Positions 52,371-64,000 of a DNA stretch of 64,000 nucleotides are shown one piece after another. The first letter of the stretch is position 1. Each line of letters opens with the position of its first letter. The notes below the pieces were generated by a model. The model did no database searches. It was not told where the DNA came from and worked only from the letters and a program-made list of their open reading frames with translations. Both the position numbers and the translations under genes were made by a program. Source of the stretch: the human T2T-CHM13v2.0 reference genome, Homo sapiens; assembly GCF_009914755.1 (NCBI RefSeq), contig NC_060939.1; one strand, given 5' to 3'.

Positions 52371-54330
52371 ATATGGATGTCTCATTTGACCTTGTTAGTA
52401 ACCTCAGGAAGAGGAATTGATATCTTCCTTTTATAGATAAGAAAATCAAAGATTAGAGATGATAATTTACTTTCTCAAATTCCCCTTGCCAGGATTTGCT
52501 TGCAAATCCTTTCTTCTTTATTTTTTATTATAAAATCATATATTTAGAACATTTAAATAAAACAGCCCTGAAATGAAAGGAAGAGAAAACCACCCAGAGA
52601 CAATTATTATTAACATTTTAGTATTAATATATACAAAGAGTGAGTGTCTGTATAAAATTTTATGTCATAATACAACCAACCATTTAGTGGTATACTTTTT
52701 CACTTAAGAATACATCATTAAAAATTAAACATGCCAATAAATGTATTTCTGCACCATGACTTATTAATGGCTACATGGTATTCTATCATACGGATGCACT
52801 GCAATTTATAGAACCCAGTGTTGGCTACAAAGATTATTGCTAATTTTTTCTTATTTTAAGCAACATTAAAGAGAATATATTCATAAACTTTGTTTACATA
52901 TATCTGATTATTTTCTTCAGATAAATACTTAGAAGTGTGGATTTGCTTCATTTCAAGGGTATGCGTATTTTTCAAGTTTTATTGTTGATTACTTCCTGTA
53001 AGTCACATACTTCTCCAGGAATACATGGGAGTGCCTATTTTCCCTCATTCTCCCCAACAGTGGTATGAGTATACTGATTATAGATACCATAACAAATATA
53101 CTATATGCTGGTTATAAATAATATCAAAAACCCTTAATAATAGTCAGAACCCTTAGTCTTTAGTACTTTTCCACTTAGAAAGAAAACATTTTTATTTTCT
53201 TTAGATTTATAAATAAGTAATCAAACAAATTGCTGTTCTACTTTGCTTTATTTATGATGTTGCACATTTTTCTTTGCCTTCCTTTCTTTGTAAATTAACC
53301 ATTTGTTTCTTTGAATTGTTCATTATTTCATATACATTTTTAAGAGCTTTCAATGAAATGCAAGAATTTTCTGCATTCTGTTTTTTCAAGGTTTTTTTAC
53401 TTTTTTTTTTTACTGTTTTTTTTTTATGTTTACTGACATGGTAAGCAATTTTTATCTATCCAAACCTATCAGTTTTCATCTTAATTATTTCAATTTTGGG
53501 ATCTTGTGTGGAAAACCCTTTCACTACCTCAAATTATCTAAATCTTGACTCGAATTTTCTGCTTTATATTTCATCTGTAATTTACTTTTGTCAATGGCAA
53601 GAAGTGGGGCTAACCTTTTACCAGTTGATTAACCAATTATTCCAGTAGTATTTTAACTAACAAAGTAACACATTTATGTTTATTGAATAAACCATTATTT
53701 TCTCATTGAGTTGAAAGGCCACCTTTAAAATATATTGACTGTTTATCTATATTTGGGTCTGCTACTTTCTATTCTGTTCCATTGATTTATCTGTCAAATT
53801 ATAATAGGAACTTTGTATTAAGTTTTCATATTTGGCTATCCAAATAGATTTTTATTTTGACCAGAATTCTTAGATAATTAACTTAAAGCAAATAATTACT
53901 TAGTGTTACCTTTAACATGCATGGCCTTGCCCCATAAAAATGAAAAAAAAAAAAAAAACTTCCAACAAAACATAAACAATAGCAAAAAATCTGCCTGGTG
54001 AATTTTCTTTATGGTTACTGCCCATTTAGAGCCTTACTTATATAAATTTTCTTTTAGCTCTCTTTTTGGCAGGTCTCGGTAAAAGCAGATAAATTGGAAC
54101 TTGTTTATCTAGTGTTTTTACCTTATTTAAAATTAGTACTTATTTTAAAAAATTAAGAAAAGTACATAAAATAACCCAGTAGACATCCATATACCAGTGA
54201 AATTAAACGGATGTTAAAGTTTTGTCATTTTTGCTTCAGTGTTTGTTTTTTGTTTGTTTTTAAAGAAAAGAATATGATATAGTTCAAGTCCCACCTGCCA
54301 CTTGTTTTGTTTTAATCACCTGCTACTCCC

Positions 54331-54809
54331 TGCATTGGTGAGAGAGGATTTCCACTCTAAGGTTACCGAGATGACTGAACACTTGACACCAACACTGAGC
54401 AGATGAGATGGACAGTGATTTATTAATTGCCTGTACTCACAGGAGGGCAGGCGGAGGACACCACAGGCCACACAGGGCCACACGGGAGCTGCACTTAGAA
54501 ACAGAGGGAACAAACGGGCTGTGGGAGGCAGGCTTTGCTGTATCAAAATGGTGAGGTGACCCCTGATTCCCACAAGAGGATGTGATTGGCTTGTTTGAAT
54601 ATTTCTGAGGGCTGGCAGGGAACCAGAAGCTGCCACTTGGGGTAAGTAGAATCTGTGCCTGGTCCCTTGATAAGAAGAGTGGTTTGACTAGGGTACCTTA
54701 CCTGCAGGAGTAGAGAAACTTGCAGTTTGGCCATTCAAGGTCCTCCTGGTTTCACCAGGTGTCAGGGCAGCACATCATATTGGGCCTTAAATGTAGGCCT
54801 TATACCACA
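54331..54809 (-). mobile_element. Solo ERVL-type LTR (MER74/MER54/LTR53-like)
   Basis: GC-richer block with TG...CA ends inside AT-rich old L1 sequence; 'gggccacacgggagctgcact' and 'gggaggcaggctttg'. Confidence 0.55.
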
Positions 54810-55394
54810 TCTTTCCTGCCCCTCCCAGAAACCGCTATCCCAAACCTGGTATATTTCATTTCCATATAGATTTTTGCATTCTCCTTTTTATGTATACATC
54901 CCTAAATAATCTATTTGAGGTTTTTTTTCCAATTACATCAATGATATGATAGATCCATTCACAACTTTTTCCATGCATTCTTAAGTTTTTGAGGTTTATC
55001 TTCAAATTTATTGTAAGTAAATTCATTCATATTAGCTGTTGTATAATATAAACTATGTGGATAAACTCATTTATTCCCCCACATTATTTTACTATTCAAA
55101 AGTGTTTGATAACAGTTTTGTCTCCTTATGAACCTATGTGCATGCTTATCTAGGGTACCTCAAGGTAGATCTGGGGTGGCAATAGGTTTTGATTATCTTG
55201 AGCTTCAACTGTATTACCAAATTGCCCTCTAAAGTGATTCTGCCAATATTCATCCCCACCAGTAGCATATAAAAACTGTTGGCCTGCATATTCAGCAATC
55301 CTTGGTGTTATATTAAATAAAACTTCCAAAAAGTTGTCTATTGAATTTGTGGCTCTATCCCTGTTTTCATCCCTAATTTTGTGAAGTGCTGTAT

Positions 55395-55645
55395 AATGTG
55401 ATGTGTAACGTGAGCTCTAGACTTAGAGTGTATAGTTAAGGCCCGGGTTCACACATGCCTTAGGCTGTGTGGCCTTTGACAAGTTACGGACCTGCTCTGT
55501 GCTGGAGAAAATTCAGCCATAAAATTAGTATCATATTAGTTCCTATTTTGTAAGGTGATTTTGAGGATTAAATAAGTTAATCATTATAAAGTGTTTAAAA
55601 CCTTTCTGGCACATAGTAAAGTTCTCCATAAATGTTACCTATGTT
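55395..55645 (+). mobile_element. MIR
   Basis: 'ctgtgtggcctttgacaagtta...gaggattaaataagttaat...ctggcacatagtaaa'. Confidence 0.7.
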
Positions 55646-56893
55646 AATGTTGTTCCATTATTTATTCATGTCTCTTTTCTTTTTTTCTTTATCATTCTTG
55701 CCAGAGATTTCCAATTTTGTTATTTCAAAGAAATCATTTAGGTTTCATTGATGGTAATGTTTATTTGTTTTCTACTTCACTAATTTTTCTCGTAACATTA
55801 GTTGCTTCTTCCATTTTCCTTTGTATTTACTATACTGATTTTTTTCCCACTTCTAGAGTGGGATGCTTAGCTCATTGATTTTCAACCTTTTATTCCACTA
55901 TTTGTATTTATTACTATAAACTTTCCTCTAATGATAGCTTTAACTATAGTTTATAGTTTTGATATGTAGTATTTTCATTACATTTAATTATAACCATATT
56001 CTAATTTTTACTATGATTAGTTTTTTGACCTATGGCTTATTGAGACCTGTATGTTTAAATTTCCATGTGTTCAGGTGATATCTTTGGGTATACATTTGTT
56101 AATTTTATTACCTTATTGTAAAAAAAAAAAATCACTGCAGGATATAAATTCATTTTTTTAAAAATTTGTATCATAATATGTGGCCAGCATTACTTGAAAA
56201 GAATGTGTATTCTTGGGTCCAGGTTCTCTATATGTATAGATCAAGTGTGTTAATTGTGTTGTTTTAGTATTTTGATATCAAATGTATTATTTTCTTTGAT
56301 CACTCAGTTTCTTGAGAAAGATATGTTAAAATCTCTATGCATTATTGTGAATTTCATATGTTTCCTAGAAATTTTGTTAATTTTTGCTTCATGTATTTTT
56401 AAGGCTATATTATTGAGTGTCGATATGTTCAGGATTATTTTCCTGGTGAGTTGTTTTTATTTATCATTTTTGCAATAATTATTTGTATCCCTAATGATTT
56501 TTAACCTTAATATCTTTATTATTTATGTTAATATAATAATAATGTTATAGCTCACACTTATTAGAGTGCTTATTGTATGCAAGGGACTATTACATAAAAC
56601 AAATCATATAAAGTAGATACTATTATCATCCCCATTTTGCAGATAAGGAAACTAAAGTACAGAGAGACTATAATGTGCCCCAGGGTAATAACTAATAAGT
56701 GCTCCAACTAATAACTAATAAATCACATGGCTTATAAGTAGAACAGCTTGTATTTAAATTTGGGCAATTTGGCTCCAGAGTTTAGAATCTTTAACTGTGA
56801 TGCCATTTTGCCTGTAACAAACACTAACAATACTCTGATTTAGTTTTGATTGATAAATCTTATTTCATCCTTATACTTTAAATCTTTCTGTGA

Positions 56894-57250
<357 letters not shown>

Positions 57251-58244
57251 TAATTTTTAAAAATCCGGCTTGAGAGTCATAGTCTTGTAACTGGTAAGTT
57301 TAAGCTATTTACATTTATTGTAATATGATGTATTTTGAAATATTTCTGTCATTTTATTTGTGATATTAATTAGTTATACTTTGCTTCTTTATTTCTCTTA
57401 TTTTCTACCTTCTCTTAATTGACTGGGTTTTATTTGTTCCCTTGTTTTTTCTACACTGGTTTAGAAGTCCTGCATTAAGTTGTACAGATTCTTCCTGCTC
57501 TTTTAATAATTACTCATAACTTTTTTCTAATATGCATATTTGACTTAAAATTTAAATTTATTTAACATCTCTTTCCTCTTCCAGATAACATAGTAATTTA
57601 AAAGTTTTAATTCTGATCACTTCCTCTCCCATTAAATTATTCATTAACAGTTTTATAGAGTTGATACATGATTAGAATTAACTATATATTTATCACCTTA
57701 TTTCCTCTGGATTCACTTTCTTTCCCTCTGAAGGAGCTTCTTTATAGTTTTTACAATAAGGAATATGAGTTATAAACTCTGAAACTATTTCTTTATCTTT
57801 ACTTCTGAATAATAGTTTACATGGTAATAAAATTATCTGTATATTATTTTTTTCAGTATTTTAATGATTTTATTTCTATTTTTTAGTCTATAATTGTGTT
57901 CTTAAAAATCTGCTTTTAAGTTTATTCTATTTTAGGTAATTCAATTTTTTAGGCAAGTTTTTCTTTTCATTTCTGGTATTCTTTAGTTTCAATATGATGT
58001 GTTTAGGTATCTAAGGGTGAGTTCATTATTTATATGTCTTATTTAGTATTTATATCACTCCTTGAGTTAGAAGATTCATGCTTTCAATTCTGGAACATTC
58101 TTATATATTATCACTTTTATCATCTTTCTGCCATTCTCTTTTCTCTCTCCTAGAATTCCAAATAGATATTTGCTGAAACTTATCCTTCTATGCTCATGTC
58201 TCTTAAGCTTGATTTAATGGTTTTTGTTGTTGTCATTGTTGCTG

Positions 58245-58593
<349 letters not shown>

Positions 58594-60699
58594 TAGACCT
58601 ATCTTCCAGTTCATAGACTTTCTCTTTATTTAGATCTAATATGCTATTTAATGCCACTGTGTTTTGTATTTTAATGATTCTTTTTCTATTAGTATACTTC
58701 TTTTCCAGATCTGTATGTACTTTTTTCATAGTGTCTTCTTTTATTTGGATTTTCTATTAATTTTATGCCTTTACTTATTTTAAGTATATTTGTATCTTCT
58801 TTAAGATTGTGGATTCATTTTTTTAAGTTCTTGAAGTTCTAATCCTGCTGGTGATTTTGTGTCTGCTGATTCTTACTCATTGAGTAGTATTTTCTCTTGT
58901 GTGTTGTAATTTTTAAAAATATAATTCAACCTTAAGGTGGATTCTTTTCTCTGTGGTGCTCCTATGCACCTTTGATTGTCTTGAGTACTTTTGCTCTTGT
59001 TTCTGCTTGCACCCATGGACATTAGCAGCATGGAACTGATTTTTTACATTAATTTCTTAGCTCAAGAGTTCTTGCACACCGTGACAACATAAATTTGGGC
59101 CCCAAAATATTTAAGACATTGGCCTTGTTTTCCATTTCTAAGGGGTAATTTTTTACTTTATTTAACCCAGAGCCCAGGCAGAGGCTGACAAGTGTCCTTG
59201 TTTACTGTGCACCAGATTTTTTTCATCCTTTCACATAAAGCTAGAGAATAGTCCTTCAAGGGTCCCAGCTTTATGCAGACATCTGTGTTTCTACTCTCCA
59301 TCTCATGGAAGGCCTATCCTAATCTACCTTAGAAGGACCATCCCCTTTACTCTTAGGGCAGCCACAGTGCCAGCTCTCCTGTCTACCTCTGTGATTTTTC
59401 AATCTCTTCTCTATTTCTGGAATCTGGGCATTTAGCTTGCTCTCGCAAGTTTAGTTATGCCCGTTAAGAAAAAAATTTGCATCTTATCCAGCATTTTGAG
59501 GTGTTCATAATCAGAGTTTTTCACATTCTCTAAGCTTACTTTCTTGCCAGATCTGGAAATTGCTTCATAATCACTTGACTTCTTAACCAAGGGCTTTGCA
59601 CTAGGGTTGAGCTCTGCAGGTATACGTCTTGAGAAACAGAAGTGTAACCCCTTCCCAACTCCTTGCTGCCCTCTTTAGCAATTTTTTTGTGGAAGATGGC
59701 TATCTCTGGGAGAGAAAGTGTTCCCCCTTAAGTTTGAAATTTTATTAGAGGTGACACAAACAATGTAGAAATTCTTAATCACAAATTTTATATTCCTAAA
59801 TTGATAGCTTCCTTTTATAGTTTCACCAAATCACAGTAGCAACCACCATCCTAAAACCAGAAGCAAGACAAAATTCAAAACAAGCAGGCCAACACCGACG
59901 CAGGAATTACATGAATACTGCAGATGAATTCTCTTGCAGTGTGCTTTCGTGAGCGTGAAATGAGAACATTGTGGCTGTTTTATCTCTGCACTTTATTTCA
60001 GTTTTTGAAAGATCAATATATTTTGGTGTATTGGAAAGGTTTGATAAGAATACTTTATAACTGAGTTTTGCTAATCCAGTTCAAGGTATATGTCATTCAT
60101 TTTGGGGCTGTTGGTAGCAGAAGGGAAGATTAGATTTCTAATGGAGTTGGCGGAAATGAAATTCATAGAGCTTGTCTTTTGTCCAAAGATTCAAGCAGCA
60201 ATACTACAAACTATATCCCTAAATCATCTCTCTCTCTTTTTGCTCTGCTTTGATTAACATTAGATGCCAAGAGTGTGAGCAGTTGAATATGCGTAAGATT
60301 GTGAAAGGGTGGGTATTCATTTTAGCTCTGTAGACTGGACAGCAACAACATTTATCATGCCCAGAATGTGGCATGAGAAATGAACAAGGTGCCACAGGGT
60401 AATGGGAAAAAAAATCAGGCATCTGGTTCTGGCCTTTCCCAAACTACAGACTATTACCTAGTGGAAATACCTATGGGTTAGGAATTAGAGGAGCCTGGAG
60501 TTCTTCCCTTCGCTGTATACGGGTAGGAGGTTTTGAAAGGGGCTAAGACAATATGGATCCCCATCAGCGTATCCTGTAGGTTGCAGTGCTCATCTTAACC
60601 GCAGGCTTGCTCTGCTCTAACACCCACTTTGTCAATTCCCAGCTCTCATTTACTACAGAATTGAGTTCAGACTCCCAGCCCAGAGTTTAGTGTACGCCC

Positions 60700-61130
60700 T
60701 ATCTTAGTATGTTTGTGTTGCTATAACAGAATACATGAGACTAGGTAATTTATAAAGAACAGAAATTTACTTCTCATAGCTCTGGAGGCCGGGAAGTCCA
60801 AGATCAAGGTGCCAGTTTCTGATGTATCTGGTGGGGGCATTTTTGCTGCATCTTCACATAGCAAAAGGGCAAAAGGGCAAAAGGGCAAGCTAGCAGAATG
60901 CTGCACAAAGCCTCATTTTATAAGGGCATGAAACCCATTCATTAGGGAGGAGCCCTTATGGCCTAATCACAATCACCTGGGATGGTTTTTAAAACCTATT
61001 GAGACCTGGCCTCCCCTAACCTAGACCAGTTAAATCAGAATTCCTGGGAAGGGGTCTTAAAGGTCCTACTTCTTAAAACTATCACACTGGCAACACCTGA
61101 ATCTTGAAGGGACACAATCAAACCATAGCA
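60700..61130 (-). mobile_element. MaLR solo LTR (MST/MLT1A-type) carrying an ~85-bp foreign insert
   Basis: 'tatcttag...gctataacagaatac...ggaagtccaagatcaaggtgcc...caaaccatagca'; 5-bp TSD cgccc / ctccc. Confidence 0.85.
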
Positions 61131-62539
61131 CTCCCTATCTAAATTGTTTGTCCAGCTCCACCTCCTTCTCTCCATCCCTACCAGACATACAGACTCTTCT
61201 CTGCTGCCCTGTACCGTCATGCCTTCTGCCCTCTGCCTAGAGTACCTACCCTGTCCCTTTTCTCCAGACCATCAAACACTCCCCTCCTCTTTAGTCTTTG
61301 CGGCCACTGCAGATGGCACCTTCTCTGTGAAGCCAGCTTTACCTTTTCCCCATGGCTGGAATTCATCTCCCCCTTAATCGGGTTCCCAGCTCCATGTTTA
61401 TGCTCCTCTGGCACTTGACAGTCAGAACTGGCATTCTTGCAGACATTTATGAAAACAGCCTAGGGGTCAGGAACCCTGGGTGTTGGGGACAGTTCTGCCA
61501 CTAGCTCTACATGTGCCTTTGAAAAGTCATGTTACTCTCTGGACCCCAGTTTTCTTGACCATAAAATGAAGGGTTAGGCTGGAGTTCACTGTGGTCCCAT
61601 CCAGCCCGCTCTAAAGAGTGTTTTCTCCCCTTTACCTTTCTCAGCTGTGCCTAGCCCAGTCTCATGCACCTTCTGGGTGCTCAGAAACAAGTTTTAGTGG
61701 GGGCTGGACACCTACAGAATCTTCAAGGACACATAAGGCAGACGCACAAAGTAAGAGTCACATAGTGAGGAGGGTGTGCTGTAGTTTGGATTGGTGGGCG
61801 ACGAGAGCACCCCCATTAATTCTGAGTGAGCAATTTCAACCTCTGGCTTTCAGAACTTTTCATGGAATCAGTTTTCTGAACTGTCTTCCTATTAAAAAAA
61901 AAAAAAAGCTGAATAATGAACCCCACAGCCAATTTGTTATTCCCCTCTGAGGTCATGTGCAGCCTAGAGAGAGGCAGTAAATCATTAGTCTACTGAAGGT
62001 CCATGGGAGCATGTGGTTGAGGATGAAGCTTTTTATAATGAGAAACTAAAAGTCTTTAAATAAGTTGAAAATGTAAAACTTGAGAGGCCAGAATCCCGCT
62101 TTAGGCAGGCGTCTCTTGCTCTTTGTACAGAATAGAGTCATTTTTCAAAAATACTCCTTTTTTATAACCTGCAGAGGGTGCTGTGAGGCATGAAGCCACT
62201 GAGACTGCTAGAATTCCCATTGCTACAGCTGTTCCATGAGTGACAGCTGTTATTTGTTGAATGCCTGTCACATGGGAAGCTCTTTATTATTAAGTGCTTT
62301 ACATATGCTTGTTAATTAAACCCATTGTTACAGATGAAAAAACTGAGGCAGGGTGTGGGAGCTGTAAGTAACCTATCCAACGTCACATAGTGGGCAGGAC
62401 TGGAGTCTGAGCCCAGGTCTGTGGGCCCCTGTCGCTCCTCTCTACCATTAGGCTTCAATGCCTTTCACAAACCTCATCCCTCCGACTTATTAAATGGGGC
62501 TTCTTGGTCCCAAAATCTGGAGGCCCATGGTTCAGAAAT

Positions 62540-62656
62540 TTGGGGTGGCTTTTAAAACTCCTAAAGACCTGGACCCCTCCTAGGAATTCTGATTTAACTG
62601 GTCTAGGGTAGGGGAGGCCAGGTCTCAATGTTTTAAAACCATCCCAGGTGAATCTT
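62540..62656. mobile_element. MER5-like fragment; source of the inverted copy at 60973-61056
   Basis: 'aattctgatttaactggtctagggtagggg...cccaggtgaatct' resembles the MER5 core. Confidence 0.65.
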
Positions 62657-63354
62657 ACCTGGTTGAAAACTCCTGCGTGATAAGCGCTTTAGCCAAGGCA
62701 CAGGCGGAGGGCTGTTGAGCACCACGGAGGGAACAGAGGAGACTCTGGGACCTGGCGAGGGACTGGGGCAGAAGGGCTGTTCCAGGAGCCGGCGTGGGTG
62801 AGCAGGACTGCGGGAGGATGTGGGCAGCCGAGGCAGCAGGCCTCCAAGCAGACGGGTCTGCGGGAGACACAGGGGAGGGGAGGCCTGGGCTACGGTGTTG
62901 GCTTGGGCAGTCAGTTGGGCCCGATGGGGGCCTGATGTGCTGCAGGCAATCCCCAGTCTGGCCTCATGATTTTCGGATCTCTGCTGCTCACCGGCTCCTC
63001 CTCCTGCCAGCTTCCCTGCCGCGCTGGGCATGGCTGTTCCTCAGCAAGGAGCTCTGAAGCCAGGTGGGATGGAAGTCCTGTGATTGGCCTCTCAGAGTCT
63101 TTGCGGAGCTTTTCCACATGGGGGTGGGGGTGACAGGGTGCTGCAGTGGCTGTGTTTGCAGGTCTTGTTGGCAGGCAATGTGCGGCATCATGGGGTCAGC
63201 TTCCCAAACGCCAGAGAGGGGTGGATTTGTTGGCTGCTTAGCCCCCAAAATATGCATGGAGATGTGCTGGGATGTTAAGAAAGTTTAAACCCTGAGGACA
63301 GAGCTAAGAGACACTTAGGAGAGAACAGAGCTAAGAGACACCTAGGAGAGAAAG

Positions 63355-64000
63355 AGTGTGGAGATTGTGAGTGAGCCTGTGTATGTGGTGTATACGTGTT
63401 TGTGAATGTGTGTGTGTGCAGAGGTGTGAATGTGTTTGTGGATGTGTGGGAGCTTGAGTACTTGTGTGAATTGTGTGTACACATGGGTGTGTGGAAGTGC
63501 GACAGCGTATGTGTGTGCAGCTGTGTATGAGTGTAGGTCTGTGTGAGTGTGTGTAGGTGAATGTGTGTGTGCTTGAGAGTGTGTATGAATGTGTTGTGTG
63601 TATGTGCATGAGCGTGAGTCTGTGTGTTTAGGTCTGTGTGAGTGTGAAGCTGGGAAGCTGTGCAAGTGTCTGGATGTGTGTGTCTGGATGAGTGTGACTG
63701 AAGCTGTGTGAGTGTGTCTGGGTATATGTATGTCCCTGAGTCTGCATGACTGAAGCTGTGCAAGTGTGAAGCTGTATGAGTGTGTGGGTGAGTCTGTGTG
63801 AGTGTGTGTGGGTGTGAGTCTGGGTGTGAAGCTGTGTGTGGATTTGAGTCTGAGTGTGAAGCTATATGAATGTATGGGTATGACTGGGTGAGTGTGTGGG
63901 TGTGTGTGGGTGAGTCTGTGTGTGTGAGTGTATGGGTGAGTCTGTGTAGGTGTGAGTCTGGGTTAGTCTGGGTGTCTGGATGAGTCTGTGTGTGTGTGGG
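63355..64000. repeat. Degenerate (TG)n-derived low-complexity/minisatellite tract running off the window
   Basis: Recurrent 'gtgagtctg', 'gtgaagctg' and tgtg motifs. Confidence 0.9.

Overview
This is primate (human-like) genomic DNA dominated by interspersed repeats: L1, Alu, L2, MIR, MaLR/ERVL LTRs and hAT MERs. I can support no intact protein-coding exon; the long ORFs in the track come from decayed L1/ERVL, Alu, GC-rich island sequence or tandem repeats. The central feature is a CpG-island promoter (~42.9-44.6 kb) with a probably non-coding first exon ending at a consensus GAG|GTAAGT donor (43858/43859). The rest of the window appears to be intron 1 of a plus-strand gene that I cannot name. 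Other clear features: a 3'UTR-only VDAC1 retrocopy, a decayed ERVL provirus, a ~400-bp polypyrimidine tract and a ~2.2-kb G-rich 31-bp VNTR. The most unusual signals are fossil rearrangements visible directly in the sequence: (1) a TSD-bounded L1 that keeps only its 5'UTR/ORF1 start fused to its last ~40 nt; (2) a 49-bp near-perfect hairpin inside that element; (3) two short locally templated insertions (66 bp direct and ~80 bp inverted) copied from 1-1.6 kb away. I see no evidence for a wholly new gene system. Repeat family names come from recalled consensus sequences, not from a search, and boundaries of old repeats are approximate.
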